Source: Thermoanaerobaculia bacterium (lineage in GTDB: Bacteria; Acidobacteriota; Thermoanaerobaculia; UBA5066). Taken from it: a DNA stretch of 64,000 bases. Below, piece after piece: positions 41,014 through 50,933 of this stretch. The position numbers and the translations under genes were made by a program. Location: assembly GCA_963719225.1 (NCBI GenBank), contig CAVRAY010000002.1, positions 256,001-320,000 on the forward strand. Direction: 5' to 3'. The first letter of the stretch is position 1. Each line of letters starts with the position of its first letter. The notes below the pieces were generated by a model that saw nothing but the letters and a program-made list of their open reading frames with translations, did no database searches and was not told the DNA's origin.

Positions 41014-42390
41014 GCGAATCTCCTTTACGGACGATTCTAGAGGCCCTTCGGGGAGCGCTTCCTCACGCCAGCGCGCGACGGCGGCGAGGGCCCGCCGGCC
41101 GATCTCCTCGCGGCGCTTCGCCCGGTCCCGCGTCACGGGCAGATCCGTCGCCGCTTCGCTCTCGATGAGGCCGAATGTGACGTTCATGGGCGTGAACGCC
41201 TGCTCGCGCGGCGCTGACACGTGCTTGGCGAGCGACCCGAGCGCCGTCGAGAACGACAGCGCCCGCACCTCGCGGCCCTCGAGGAGCTGCGCGAGCGTCG
41301 CGCCGACCATGAGTCCCGTGGCCGCCGACTCGAGATAGCCTTCGACGCCCGTGAGCTGGCCCGCGAAGAAGACCCGAGGGTCCTTCTTCCAGCGAAACAG
41401 CGCGTCGAGATGTGCCGGCCCGTTGATGTAGGTGTTGCGATGGAGCATCCCGAAGCGCACGAACTCGGCGCTCTCGAGCCCCGGCAGCATCCGGAAGATG
41501 CGCTTCTGCTCGGGTGTCCGGAGCTTCGTCTGGAAGCCCACGAGGTTGAAGTGCTCGCGCGCGAGGTCGTCCTGTCGAAGCTGCGCGGCGGCGTACGGCT
41601 CCTGGCCCGTGCGCGGATCCCGCAGCCCGAAAGGCTTCATCGGGCCGTGCCTCAGCGTCTCGATCCCCCGCTCGGCCATGGCCTCGATCGGAAGGCAGCC
41701 TTCGAAATAGACGGCCTTCTCGAAGTCGTGGAACGGCACCTTCTCGCCGGCGAGGAGCTCCCTCACGAAGGCCTCGTACTGGACCCTGGAAAGCGGGACG
41801 TTGAGGTAGTCGTCGCCGCCCCCCTTCCCCCAGCGCGAGAGCGCGTAGAGCTTCGAGAGGTCGAGCGACTGAAGCTCCACGATGGGCGCCATCGCGTCGT
41901 AGAAGTAGAGATGCTCCTCTCCGAGCGCGGCGAGGAGCGACTTCTCGAGCGCCGGCGAGGTGAGCGGTCCCGTCGCGATCACGACGAATCCTTGCCCTGG
42001 GTCCGGGAGCGCCTCCGCTTCCGAGCGCACGAGCTCGAGGAGCGGGTCGCCCTCGAGGCGCCGCGTGACGGCTGCCGCGAAGGCCGTGCGATCCACGGCG
42101 AGCGCGTCGCCCGCCGGCACGGCCGCCTTCCGCGCCTCTTCGAGGACGAGGGAGCCGATCGACTCCATCTCGCGCTTCAGGAGCCCCACGGCGTTCAGGG
42201 GATTGTCCGACCGGAAAGAGTTCGAGCAGACCATCTCCGCGAGACGATCCGTCGCGTGCGCGTCGGTCTTCCTCACGGGCCGCATCTCGACGAGGCGCAC
42301 CCGATGGCCGCGCCTCAGCAGCTGGTGCGCGCACTCGACGCCCGCAAATCCGCCGCCGATCACGGTGACGGCCGGCCGGGGAGCTTCCAT
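40684..42390 (-). CDS. trmFO: Folate/FAD-dependent tRNA m5U54 methyltransferase; ORF runs without a stop into the cytochrome c
   Basis: GGGFAGVE, EMVCSNS, YFEGCLPIE, GPMKP, VGFQT, HRNTY, AGQLTGVEGY. Confidence 0.93.
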   Translation of the reverse strand: MEAPRPAVTVIGGGFAGVECAHQLLRRGHRVRLVEMRPVRKTDAHATDRLAEMVCSNSFRSDNPLNAVGLLKREMESIGSLVLEEARKAAVPAGDALAVDRTAFAAAVTRRLEGDPLLELVRSEAEALPDPGQGFVVIATGPLTSPALEKSLLAALGEEHLYFYDAMAPIVELQSLDLSKLYALSRWGKGGGDDYLNVPLSRVQYEAFVRELLAGEKVPFHDFEKAVYFEGCLPIEAMAERGIETLRHGPMKPFGLRDPRTGQEPYAAAQLRQDDLAREHFNLVGFQTKLRTPEQKRIFRMLPGLESAEFVRFGMLHRNTYINGPAHLDALFRWKKDPRVFFAGQLTGVEGYLESAATGLMVGATLAQLLEGREVRALSFSTALGSLAKHVSAPREQAFTPMNVTFGLIESEAATDLPVTRDRAKRREEIGRRALAAVARWREEALPEGPLESSVKEIRLKKSLIVLSAGALLLAGGSAPAESERSENFQTHCSVCHGDTGRGQTEEGRKKKARDLTNAKWQDTIDDARIVRSITKGHDEMPAFGKKLSEAEIKALAAEVRTLAKKSS

Positions 42391-42516
42391 GCGCCGATTC
42401 TGATCTCGGAGGCCCTTCCCGTCGACCGGAGGGCACATCCTTTGCTTTTATTTGGTCCCAACGCGACGGCGTGTAAGGCGTTCCGACGTCGCCGCTTCAG
42501 TTCGTGAGGTGGCTCC

Positions 42517-42900
42517 ATGAGCACGAAAGAGAACCTTGCCGCCGTCGGGCTCGCGGTCGCGGCCATTGCGGGCTGTGCGTCGGGCACGAGGATCGCGGAC
42601 CAGGAAGTGACCGACGTCGAGCTCTCGATCCGGTCCGCCGAGAACGCGACCGCGACCCAGCACGCGAGGATCCTGCTGGACCGGGCGCGGAACGCCCTGT
42701 CCGCCGCGCAGAGCGAGCGCGCGAAGGGTCACGACGAGGCCGCGCGCGCGCGGCTCGAGGAGGCGCGGTCCGCGGCGAGCGCCGCCGAGAGCCAGGCGAA
42801 GTCGGTTCAGATCCTGGAGCAGGAAGCCGCCCTGAAGCGCCAGCTCGAGGACATCGAGCGGCGGATCCGCGAGTTCAACGCGCGGACCCAGCGGCCCTAG
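42517..42900 (+). CDS. DUF4398-like lipoprotein
   Basis: Lipobox IAGC; helical Ala/Glu-rich; precedes the OmpA gene. Confidence 0.7.
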   Translation: MSTKENLAAVGLAVAAIAGCASGTRIADQEVTDVELSIRSAENATATQHARILLDRARNALSAAQSERAKGHDEAARARLEEARSAASAAESQAKSVQILEQEAALKRQLEDIERRIREFNARTQRP

Positions 42901-42910
42901 GAGGACGATC

Positions 42911-44080
42911 ATGAGGCACACGCGAATCGCGCACGCCCTCCCCGCCCTTGTCGCCTCCCTCGCCCTCTTGCTGCTCGCGAGCTGTGCGACGACGGGACCC
43001 GAGCCCACCGAGCTGCGCGACGCGCGTCTCGCGATCCAGGACGCGAGGAGCGCCGGAGCCCAGGAGGGAGCCCCCGACCTGCTCGCGGCCGCGCAGGCCC
43101 ATCTCACGAACGCCGAGAACACCTTCCGGGCCTCGGGAAACATCGAGGCGTGCGTGCATTACGCCCGGCTCGCCGAGACGGAGGCCCGCGACGCGCAGTA
43201 CCGGGCCATCGCGCGAAATGCGCGCGTATCGCTGGAGGCCGGAACGAGGCGCCGGGCCGAGCTCGAGGTCGCGGTCCGCGACGCCGAGATCAAGGCGCTG
43301 GCGGCGCGCGCCCAGTCGGACGCCGAGAGGGCGCGCCTCGAGGCGGAGGCGCGGGCGCGCTCGGAGAGCGAGCGTATGGAAGTCGCCTCCCGGGCCCGCG
43401 AGGCGGAGCAGCAGGCGGCGGACGAGCGCGTACGAGCTCTCCAGGCGCAGCTCGAGGCGGAACGGCAGAAGGCGGCCGAGCAGCAGCAGCAGGCCCAGAT
43501 GGAGTCCCTGAAAGCCCAGATCGAGGAGCAGAAGAAGGCCGCCGACGCCGCGCGAAGGGCCGCCCAGGAGCAGGTCGCCGCGGCGCAGAGCGCGGCGGAA
43601 GCGGAACGCGCGCGCGCCGACCAAGCCCGCCGCGAGGCCGAGCGGATCGCCGCACGCGAGAAGACCCAGGGAGACCTCCTGGCGCGGCTCCAGGCGATCG
43701 AGCGTTCCGCCCGCGTCGAGGCACGGGGGATCGTCCTCACGCTCCCGGGCAGCGTGTATTTCGACACGGGCCGCGCCGACGTGAAGAAGGGCGCCGCCGA
43801 GCGCGTGGCCCGGATCGGCGAAGCGCTCGCAGGAGCGCCGGAGCGCAAGCTCATCCTCGAGGGCCACACTGACTCGACCGGGTCGGCCGCCACGAACGAG
43901 AAGCTCTCCGCGCTCAGGGCGGAATCGGTCAAGGCGATCCTCGTCGCCCACGGCGTCTCGCCGGACCGCATCGAGACGCACGGCTACGCGGCGACGAAGC
44001 CCGTCGCGAGCAACGCGACGCCCGCGGGCCGAAGCGAAAACCGCCGCGTGGAGCTCGTCGTCCAGGGCGCCGTGCGCTGA
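42911..44080 (+). CDS. OmpA-family lipoprotein (DUF4398 + coiled coil + OmpA_C)
   Basis: Lipobox LASC; EGHTDSTG..NEKLS..RA, NRRVE. Confidence 0.9.
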   Translation: MRHTRIAHALPALVASLALLLLASCATTGPEPTELRDARLAIQDARSAGAQEGAPDLLAAAQAHLTNAENTFRASGNIEACVHYARLAETEARDAQYRAIARNARVSLEAGTRRRAELEVAVRDAEIKALAARAQSDAERARLEAEARARSESERMEVASRAREAEQQAADERVRALQAQLEAERQKAAEQQQQAQMESLKAQIEEQKKAADAARRAAQEQVAAAQSAAEAERARADQARREAERIAAREKTQGDLLARLQAIERSARVEARGIVLTLPGSVYFDTGRADVKKGAAERVARIGEALAGAPERKLILEGHTDSTGSAATNEKLSALRAESVKAILVAHGVSPDRIETHGYAATKPVASNATPAGRSENRRVELVVQGAVR

Positions 44081-44133
44081 ACGGGCGTCTGTTCGGCCGG
44101 GCCATCCACGCGGCGCGCCGCTAGACTCGGCGC

Positions 44134-44352
44134 GTGACGTTCGAAGGCCACCTCTACGACCGCGGGTATTTCGAGGGCCTTCACGAGAGCCACTGGTTCA
44201 TCGCCGCCATCGCGGGATTTCGCATCTCCCTCGACACGTATTCCGTCTCGCCGTTTCCCGGCGTGCGGTGGATCGAAGCCGCGCTCGCGCCCCTTCCGCT
44301 CGTCGGAGAAACGTTCCGCTACCGGATCCTGCTCCAGGCGAAAAAACCGTGA
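44134..44352 (+). pseudogene. Internally deleted methyltransferase paralog (72 aa)
   Basis: N- and C-terminal segments resemble both ends of the downstream methyltransferase; SAM-binding core absent. Confidence 0.55.
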
Positions 44353-45065
44353 CCGACCCGCCGGAAAGGTTCGCGCCGAACGCGGAGGTCTACGGACGCG
44401 GGTACTACGAGAGGATGTACCGGCCTCAGTGGTTCCTGAGGAACCGGCGCAAGTACGAAGAGCGGGATGCGGCCCTCCTCCGGATCGTCAGGCCGACTCC
44501 CTCGTCCCGCATTCTCGAGGTCGGCTCGGCGCGGGGTGACACGGCGTTCTTCTTCGCGCCGCGCGTCGCTCAGGTCGTCGGCATCGACGCGGCGAAGGTG
44601 GCGGTCCAGGCGGCGCGCGTGCGCCTCGCGGGCCTCGCGATCGACAACGTGACGTTCGAGGAGATGGACGCCCGCGACCTTTCGGCCGTCCCGGACGGGA
44701 CCTTCGACGTCGTCCTCCTCGCGGACTTCGTGGAACACGTTCTCGACGACGTGCTCGTGCCGTGTCTTTCGAGCGCGAAAGCCGTCCTCAAGCCCGGCGG
44801 CCGCCTCGCGATCTACACCCCGAATGCGACGCACTGGGCCGAACGCCTCAAGGCGGCCGTGCCCCTTCTCCAGCAGCAGGACCACATCGCCGTCCGAGAC
44901 GCCGCGCGCGTCGTCTCCCTCGTCGAGGCGGCGGGGTTCCGGGTCGAGGATCTCTTCTTCTCCGCGAGCCCGTACCCCGTCCTCGGCGCCTTCGACCGGG
45001 CGTTCCCGATGGTCGGCCTCTGCCGTTTTCGGACATGCCTGAGGGCGGTAACGTCCGAGGCATGA
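44349..45065 (+). CDS. Class I SAM-dependent methyltransferase
   Basis: ILEVGSARG, FDVV..DFVEHV, LKPGG..TPN; GTGA overlap. Confidence 0.88.
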   Translation: MTDPPERFAPNAEVYGRGYYERMYRPQWFLRNRRKYEERDAALLRIVRPTPSSRILEVGSARGDTAFFFAPRVAQVVGIDAAKVAVQAARVRLAGLAIDNVTFEEMDARDLSAVPDGTFDVVLLADFVEHVLDDVLVPCLSSAKAVLKPGGRLAIYTPNATHWAERLKAAVPLLQQQDHIAVRDAARVVSLVEAAGFRVEDLFFSASPYPVLGAFDRAFPMVGLCRFRTCLRAVTSEA

Positions 45066-45991
45066 AGGTCTCGTTCGTCACCTGCGACGTCTTCACGGAC
45101 CGGCCGTTCACGGGCAACCAGCTCCTCGTCGTGCCGGAGGCGCGCGGCCTCACGACCGAGAAGATGCAGGCCCTGGCGCGCGAGATCAACTACTCCGAGT
45201 CCACGTTCGTCCTGCCGCCGCAGGATCCCGCGCACGCGTACCTCCAGCGCACCTTCGTGCCGGTGAAGGAAATCCCGTACGCGGGTCATCCGACGGTCGG
45301 GACGGCCGTCGTCATGGTGGCGCTCGGAAGGGTCGCCGCCGAAGCGCCCGACGGCGTTCACCCCGTCACGATCGAGGTGGGCTTCGGCCCGCTCGGCCTC
45401 GAGCTTCTGAAGAAGGACGGGCGCGTCTCGCGCGTGAGGATGGAGCAGGGGCGGCCGGAATGGAGGGCGCCCGTGACCGGCGACGACGTGAAGGGACAGA
45501 TCGCGGCGGCGCTCGGCGTGCCGTTCGACGCCCTGCACCCGTCGCTTCCGCCGCAGGCCGTCGGGACCGGGAACACGTTCCTCATGGTCCCGCTTTCGTC
45601 CGTCGAGGCCGTGTCCTCGGCCCTGGCCGACACCCGAATGCTCAACCACGTCGAAAGAGAGCTCTCGGTCCTCGGCCTCTTCTTCTTCGCCCTGGACGAG
45701 GCCGGCGGGAAGGTCCGCGTGCGGGCGCGCATGTTCGCGCCGGGCGCTGGGGTGCCCGAGGACCCCGCGACGGGGTCCGCCGCTGGGCCGGTCGCCGTCT
45801 ACCTCGCGCTCCACGGCGCGGTGCCGGGCGGCGTCCGGGAGGGGCGCGGCCGCTTCACGATCGACCAGGGAATCGAGATGGGCCGGCCGTCGGAGCTCGA
45901 CGTGACGGTCCTCCTCGAGGGCGGCCGCCCCTCGAGCGTCCGCGTCGAAGGGAGCGCCGTCCTCATGATGCGGGGAGAGATCGACGTCTGA
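45062..45991 (+). CDS. PhzF family isomerase
   Basis: DVFT..GNQ, SESTFV, AGHPTVG, EDPATGSAAG, QGIEMGRPS. Confidence 0.92.
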   Translation: MKVSFVTCDVFTDRPFTGNQLLVVPEARGLTTEKMQALAREINYSESTFVLPPQDPAHAYLQRTFVPVKEIPYAGHPTVGTAVVMVALGRVAAEAPDGVHPVTIEVGFGPLGLELLKKDGRVSRVRMEQGRPEWRAPVTGDDVKGQIAAALGVPFDALHPSLPPQAVGTGNTFLMVPLSSVEAVSSALADTRMLNHVERELSVLGLFFFALDEAGGKVRVRARMFAPGAGVPEDPATGSAAGPVAVYLALHGAVPGGVREGRGRFTIDQGIEMGRPSELDVTVLLEGGRPSSVRVEGSAVLMMRGEIDV

Positions 45992-45999
45992 GCCGTCTG

Positions 46000-46074
46000 T
46001 CGAGCGGTGAAGGGGGTCGGGGGGAAACACGACCGTGTTTCCCCCATTGCTCGCAGTTGCTAGCGCGCCTTCTC
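46000..46074 (+). repeat. REP-like palindromic element, copy 2
   Basis: GTGAAGGGGGTCGGGGGGAAACACG-AC-CGTGTTTCCCCC..., near-identical to 55142-55217. Confidence 0.8.
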
Positions 46075-46099
46075 GGGCGCGTGCGAAGCACGCGGCGCG

Positions 46100-46978
46100 C
46101 TAGCCGACCTCGGGCTCGATCGAGCCCATCCGCCCCGCCTCGAAGTCCTCGAAGGCTTCGACGATCTCGGCCTTCGTGTTCATGACGAAGGGGCCGTAGC
46201 GGACCACGGGTTCGTTCAACGGCTGTCCGCCGATCACGAGAACCTGCATCTTCGTGGCGGCCTCGATCACGACGTCGCCGGCTTCCTTCCCGAAGATCAT
46301 GCAGTCGCCTTCGGCGCCACGCGTGCCGCTCTTCCCGAAGCGGCCCTCGCCCGAAAGGACGTACGCGAAGACGTTGAACCCCTCCGGCACGCCCTGCGTC
46401 ACGCGGCCGCTCGCCTCGAGCGAGAAATGCACGTACAGGATCGGAGTCCGCGTCTCGATGACGGCCTTCTGTCCGAGCGCCTCGCCCGCGAGCACCTTCA
46501 CGCGCACGTTTCCGTCCGCGCTCTTCGCCTCGGGAATGCGCGAGGCGGGGATCTCCTGGTAGCGCGGGCGCATGCGCTTGTCTTTCTTCGGCAGGTTCAC
46601 CCAGAGCTGGAGGCCGTGCATGAGGCCGCCGTGTTTCTGGAATTCGGGTTCCGGCAGCTCGGAGTGGACGACGCCGTCGCCCGCCGTCATCCATTGCACG
46701 TCGCCGGGCCCGAGAGCTCCGGCGTGGCCGCGCGAGTCGCGGTGCCGCATCGCGCCCGCGAGGAGGTACGTGACGGTCTCGAAGCCGCGATGCGGGTGGT
46801 CCGGCGCGCCGACGGCCTTTCCGGGCGGGTAATCCGTCGGACCCATCTCGTCCAGGAGGAGGAAGGGGTCGATCGCGGCGAGCGCCGGCGTCGGGAAGGG
46901 GCGGCGAACCTGAAAGCCTCCGCCCTCCAGCGTGACGACGCCCGGGACGACGCGCGAAACGGGTCTCGGCTCGGGCAT
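46100..46978 (-). CDS. Pirin family protein
   Basis: DPFLLLD, HPHRGFETVT, QWMTAGDGVVHSE, QLWVNLP, GPFVMN. Confidence 0.93.
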   Translation of the reverse strand: MPEPRPVSRVVPGVVTLEGGGFQVRRPFPTPALAAIDPFLLLDEMGPTDYPPGKAVGAPDHPHRGFETVTYLLAGAMRHRDSRGHAGALGPGDVQWMTAGDGVVHSELPEPEFQKHGGLMHGLQLWVNLPKKDKRMRPRYQEIPASRIPEAKSADGNVRVKVLAGEALGQKAVIETRTPILYVHFSLEASGRVTQGVPEGFNVFAYVLSGEGRFGKSGTRGAEGDCMIFGKEAGDVVIEAATKMQVLVIGGQPLNEPVVRYGPFVMNTKAEIVEAFEDFEAGRMGSIEPEVG

Positions 46979-47022
46979 GCGCGTCCGAACGCGTGCCGCG
47001 GCCTCGAAATTCCCGGCGGCCG

Positions 47023-49743
47023 CTAGCGCGTCTTCGCGCGCGCGGGTTTCGGCCGCGCGGCCTTCGGGCTCTCCGCGGGCGGCGTGAGGGGCTCGCTCGC
47101 AGAGGATGCGACCGCCTTCGCCTTCGGCACACGCTTCTTCGCGCCCTTGACAACGGCCGGGGCCCGCGCCTCGGCGATGGCCGCCTCGAGCGCCCCTTCC
47201 GGAATGCGCGTCGCCGGCTGGTAGAGCTCGAGGTCGGCGGCCGGAACGTCGAGGCCGCAGCCCTCCGTCTCGCAGACGTAGAACGGGCCCGCTTTGCGGT
47301 CGCGCACGAGGAGGTACGGCGCCTTGCAGTTCGGGCACGTCTTCGGGACGGGCCGCGCCCGGAAGTTCTTCTCGCAGGCGGGGTAGTTCGAGCAGCCGTA
47401 GAAGGGCCCGAAGCGTCCCCGTCGGACGAGGATGTCGCCCGTCTGGCACGTCGGGCACTTCACGCCCGTGAGCGTGACGGGCTTGGGCGGCTTGAAGCGG
47501 CAGGCGGGATAGTTCGAGCACGAAACGTAATCGCCGAAGCGGCCGTGGCGCGTCACGAGAGGGTGGCCGCAGCTCGGGCACGTCTCGCCGGTCGGGACGT
47601 CGGGCTTGGCTTCGGCCTTCCCGCCCGCGACTTTCACCGGGACCGTGTTGCGGCAGACGGGATAAGCCGTGCAGCCGAGGAACGCGGACCCGTTTCGTCC
47701 GGTGCGGAGCTTCATCGGGCTCCCGCATTCCTCGCAGGTCTGGCCCTCGAGCTCCGTCGCGTCGATCTCGTCTTCCTCGACCTCGGGAATGTTCTGCGTG
47801 AAGTCGCATTCGGGATATCCGCTGCACGCGATGAAGAGGCCCGCCTTGCCCATCCGGAGCTTCAGGGGATGCCCGCTCTTCGGGCACGTGTCGCCGGGAT
47901 CGTTCGTGAGGCGGAAGTCGATGAAGCGCTTCCTCACGTCGGCGAGCGGGAGTCCCGCCTTGAGGGAGACCATTTTCTTTTTCGCCCGGTCGCGGTCCTT
48001 GACGAACTTGCCGTCGAACTCCGCGAGGGCCTTCCTCCAGTCGAGCTTCCCCTCCTCGACCTCGTCCAGCTCCTCTTCCATCTTCGCGGTGTACTCGGTC
48101 TGGAAGAAGTCGTCGAAGCCTTCGCGCATGAGGTCGACGATGACCCGCCCGAGCGGCGTCGGGGTGAAACGCCGGTCTTTCTTCCTCACGTACTCGCGGT
48201 CCTCGATCTTGCGCATGATTTCGGCGTACGTGGAGGGACGGCCGATGCCGTTCTCCTCGAGGAACTTCACGAGCGAACCCTCGTTGAACCTCGGCGGCGG
48301 CTGCGTCTCGTGTCCCTCGGCGGCGACGGCGGCGAGGTCCAGCGCGTCGCCCTCGACGAGGGCGGGCAGGCGCACCTTCTCGTCCTCGTCTCCCACCTCA
48401 CCGTTCGTCTCGGTCTTCTCCCTTTCCTCCGCGTCCGGCTCGGCTTCCTTCTCGTAGACGCGCAGCCAGCCGGGGTCCTTGAGGACGGTGCCGGAAGCAC
48501 GAAGCCCCGCCGTCTCGCCGCCCTTCCTGGCCTCGATCTCCACCGAGGTCACCTCCGACACGGAAGGAGCCATCTGCGACGCGAGGAAGCGGTTCCAGAT
48601 GAGCCGGTAGAGCTTCAGCTCGTCCGCCGCGAGATACCGGGCGACCGCCTCGGGCGGAAAGTCGAGCGAGGTCGGCCGGATCGCCTCGTGCGCGTCCTGG
48701 ACGTCCTTTTTCTGGCGGAAGCGCCGCGCCTCCTCGGGAAGGGCGCCGGCTCCGTACGTCCGGCCGATGAACCCCCGGACGGCGACGAGCGCCTCCTCGG
48801 CGGTGCGCGTCGAGTCCGTACGCATGTACGTGATGAGTCCGATCGTGCCGCTTGCGCCGATCGTCTTGCCCTCGTAGAGGCGCTGCGCGATCTGCATCGT
48901 CCGCCGCACGCTGAAGCCAACGCGCGCGGCGCCCTGCTGGAGCTTGGACGTCGTGAAGGGGGGCGGGGCGCTTCCCTTGCGCTCCTTCGCCTCGACTTTC
49001 ACGACCGTGAGCGCCGCGCCCTCCACGTGCGTCCGCGCTTCCTCCGCCTGCTCTCGCGTCGCGAGGCGCGGGTCCGTCCCGTCGAACTTCAGCTTCTCGC
49101 CCTTCCACACGGCGAGACGGGCCGGGAACCCCGCGTCGCCTTTCTTCAGCGTCACGGGGACCGAGAAATAGGGAACGGGGACGAAGCGCTCGCGCTCGCT
49201 CTCGCGCTCCACGATGATGCGCAGCGTGACCGTCTGAACGCGTCCCGCCGAGAGGCCGCGCCAGACCTTCGACCAGAGGAGGTCCGACACCTCGTAGCCC
49301 ACGAGGCGGTCGATGATCCGTCTGGCCTGCTGCGCGTTGACGCGGTTCTGATCGATCACGCCGGGGCTGGAGATCGCGCGGGTCACGGCCGCCTTCGTGA
49401 TCTCGTGGAACTCGGCCCGGTGGAATTTTGTCTTCGGGAGGCCCGGCTTCAGGATCTCCTGGAGATGCCAGCAGATCGCCTCTCCCTCGCGGTCGGGGTC
49501 GGCGGCGAGGTAGATCGTGTCGGCGCCCCTGGCCGCTTTTCGCAGGTCGGCGACGGTCCGCTCCTTGCCGGGGAGGATCTCGTAAGAGGGGTCGTATCCG
49601 TGCGCGCGGTCCACCGCGATGCCTTTCTTCTGAAGGTCGCGAACGTGGCCGTAGCACGCCATCACGGAGAAGTCCCTGCCGAGGAACTTTCCGAGGGTCG
49701 CGGCTTTCGCGGGGGACTCGACGATGACGAGAGATTTCGCCAT
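47023..49743 (-). CDS. topA: DNA topoisomerase I with C-terminal zinc ribbons
   Basis: IVESPAK, DPDREGE, SAGRVQ, ITYMRTDS, GIGRPSTY; multiple C4 ribbons. Confidence 0.97.
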   Translation of the reverse strand: MAKSLVIVESPAKAATLGKFLGRDFSVMACYGHVRDLQKKGIAVDRAHGYDPSYEILPGKERTVADLRKAARGADTIYLAADPDREGEAICWHLQEILKPGLPKTKFHRAEFHEITKAAVTRAISSPGVIDQNRVNAQQARRIIDRLVGYEVSDLLWSKVWRGLSAGRVQTVTLRIIVERESERERFVPVPYFSVPVTLKKGDAGFPARLAVWKGEKLKFDGTDPRLATREQAEEARTHVEGAALTVVKVEAKERKGSAPPPFTTSKLQQGAARVGFSVRRTMQIAQRLYEGKTIGASGTIGLITYMRTDSTRTAEEALVAVRGFIGRTYGAGALPEEARRFRQKKDVQDAHEAIRPTSLDFPPEAVARYLAADELKLYRLIWNRFLASQMAPSVSEVTSVEIEARKGGETAGLRASGTVLKDPGWLRVYEKEAEPDAEEREKTETNGEVGDEDEKVRLPALVEGDALDLAAVAAEGHETQPPPRFNEGSLVKFLEENGIGRPSTYAEIMRKIEDREYVRKKDRRFTPTPLGRVIVDLMREGFDDFFQTEYTAKMEEELDEVEEGKLDWRKALAEFDGKFVKDRDRAKKKMVSLKAGLPLADVRKRFIDFRLTNDPGDTCPKSGHPLKLRMGKAGLFIACSGYPECDFTQNIPEVEEDEIDATELEGQTCEECGSPMKLRTGRNGSAFLGCTAYPVCRNTVPVKVAGGKAEAKPDVPTGETCPSCGHPLVTRHGRFGDYVSCSNYPACRFKPPKPVTLTGVKCPTCQTGDILVRRGRFGPFYGCSNYPACEKNFRARPVPKTCPNCKAPYLLVRDRKAGPFYVCETEGCGLDVPAADLELYQPATRIPEGALEAAIAEARAPAVVKGAKKRVPKAKAVASSASEPLTPPAESPKAARPKPARAKTR

Positions 49744-49769
49744 GAACCGCCGTCACGATGCCACGTCTG

Positions 49770-50897
49770 TCAACTCCGTGCCCGCGGCCGGACGAAGAGG
49801 GCCCCCGGCAGGACCGTCACGAGACCGTCCAGCTCGAGGTGCACGAGGGCCGCCGAAAAGCGCGCGGCGGAAAGCCCGGTCGCCGAAAGGAGGGCGTCCG
49901 CGTCCCTCGGCTCGTCGGCGTCGAGCGCCCCGAGGACGGCCGCGGCGTCCGGGGGGAGATGGACCGGCACCGGGGCCTCCTCGCGCGCGGCGACCTGCCT
50001 CCTGAGGAGCCGTCTTTCCTCCTCGGGGAGCTCCGCGAGGAGGTCGTCCACGTCCCGCACGAGGATCGCGCCGTCCTTGAGGAGGGCGTTCGACCCGGCC
50101 GCGCCCGGGGAGAGGATCGATCCCGGCACGGCCGCCACGTCGCGGCCGTAGCCCGTCGCATAGCGCGCCGTGATCAGGGAGCCGCTCTTCGTGGCCGCTT
50201 CGACGACGCATACGATGCGCGCGAGGCCCGCGAGGATGCGGTTGCGGATCGGGAAGTTCCAGGGCTCGGGCTGCGTCCCCATCGGGAATTCCGAGAGTGC
50301 GGAGCCGGACGAAAGAAGAGTCTCGAGAAGGACTCTCTGCTCGGGCGGATAGCAGACGTCCACGCCGCATCCGAAAACCGCCACTGTCTTCCCGCCGGCC
50401 CCGAGGGCCGCACGATGGGCGGCCGCATCCACGCCCCGCGCGAAACCGGAGACGACGGTCACGCCGGCTTGAGCCAAAGAGGCCCCGAGAACGCGCGCCG
50501 CGTCGAGCCCCGCCCGCGAAGCGCGGCGCGCCCCGACGACGGCGATGGCCGGCGCGTCGGGATACCCGAGCCCGCGGGCGAAAAGAACCGGCGGCGGATC
50601 GTGGATCTCGCGCAGAAGAGCGGGGTACTCCCGGTCCGTGAGAAAGAGGATGCGTGCTCCGGATTCCGTGAGCCGCCGCACATCTTCTTGGATGACTCTT
50701 CCGTCGTCCATGAGGAGCGGCGCCACGGTCGAGAGATCCTCGCCCGCGATCCGGGCGGCCACTTCCGGGGACAGCGCCCGCACGGCCGCGGGCGAACCGG
50801 CCGACAGAAGGAGCGTCCGGAGCGCGCGGGCCGCCCTTCCACGCCCGTTCCGGGCCCAGATGAGTCCTGTCCGGGCATCGCTCGCCGCACCGTTCAT
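49770..50897 (-). CDS. dprA: DNA-processing protein DprA
   Basis: IAVVGAR, VSGFARGVD, FPIRNRI, SGSLITA. Confidence 0.93.
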   Translation of the reverse strand: MNGAASDARTGLIWARNGRGRAARALRTLLLSAGSPAAVRALSPEVAARIAGEDLSTVAPLLMDDGRVIQEDVRRLTESGARILFLTDREYPALLREIHDPPPVLFARGLGYPDAPAIAVVGARRASRAGLDAARVLGASLAQAGVTVVSGFARGVDAAAHRAALGAGGKTVAVFGCGVDVCYPPEQRVLLETLLSSGSALSEFPMGTQPEPWNFPIRNRILAGLARIVCVVEAATKSGSLITARYATGYGRDVAAVPGSILSPGAAGSNALLKDGAILVRDVDDLLAELPEEERRLLRRQVAAREEAPVPVHLPPDAAAVLGALDADEPRDADALLSATGLSAARFSAALVHLELDGLVTVLPGALFVRPRARS

Positions 50898-50933
50898 GCG
50901 GCACCTCTCTTGCTCTGAGAAGAAATCTCGACG

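Noticed and set aside
46000-46074. CRISPR repeat
   Set aside because: Copies are isolated and kilobases apart, with no spacer array or cas genes.
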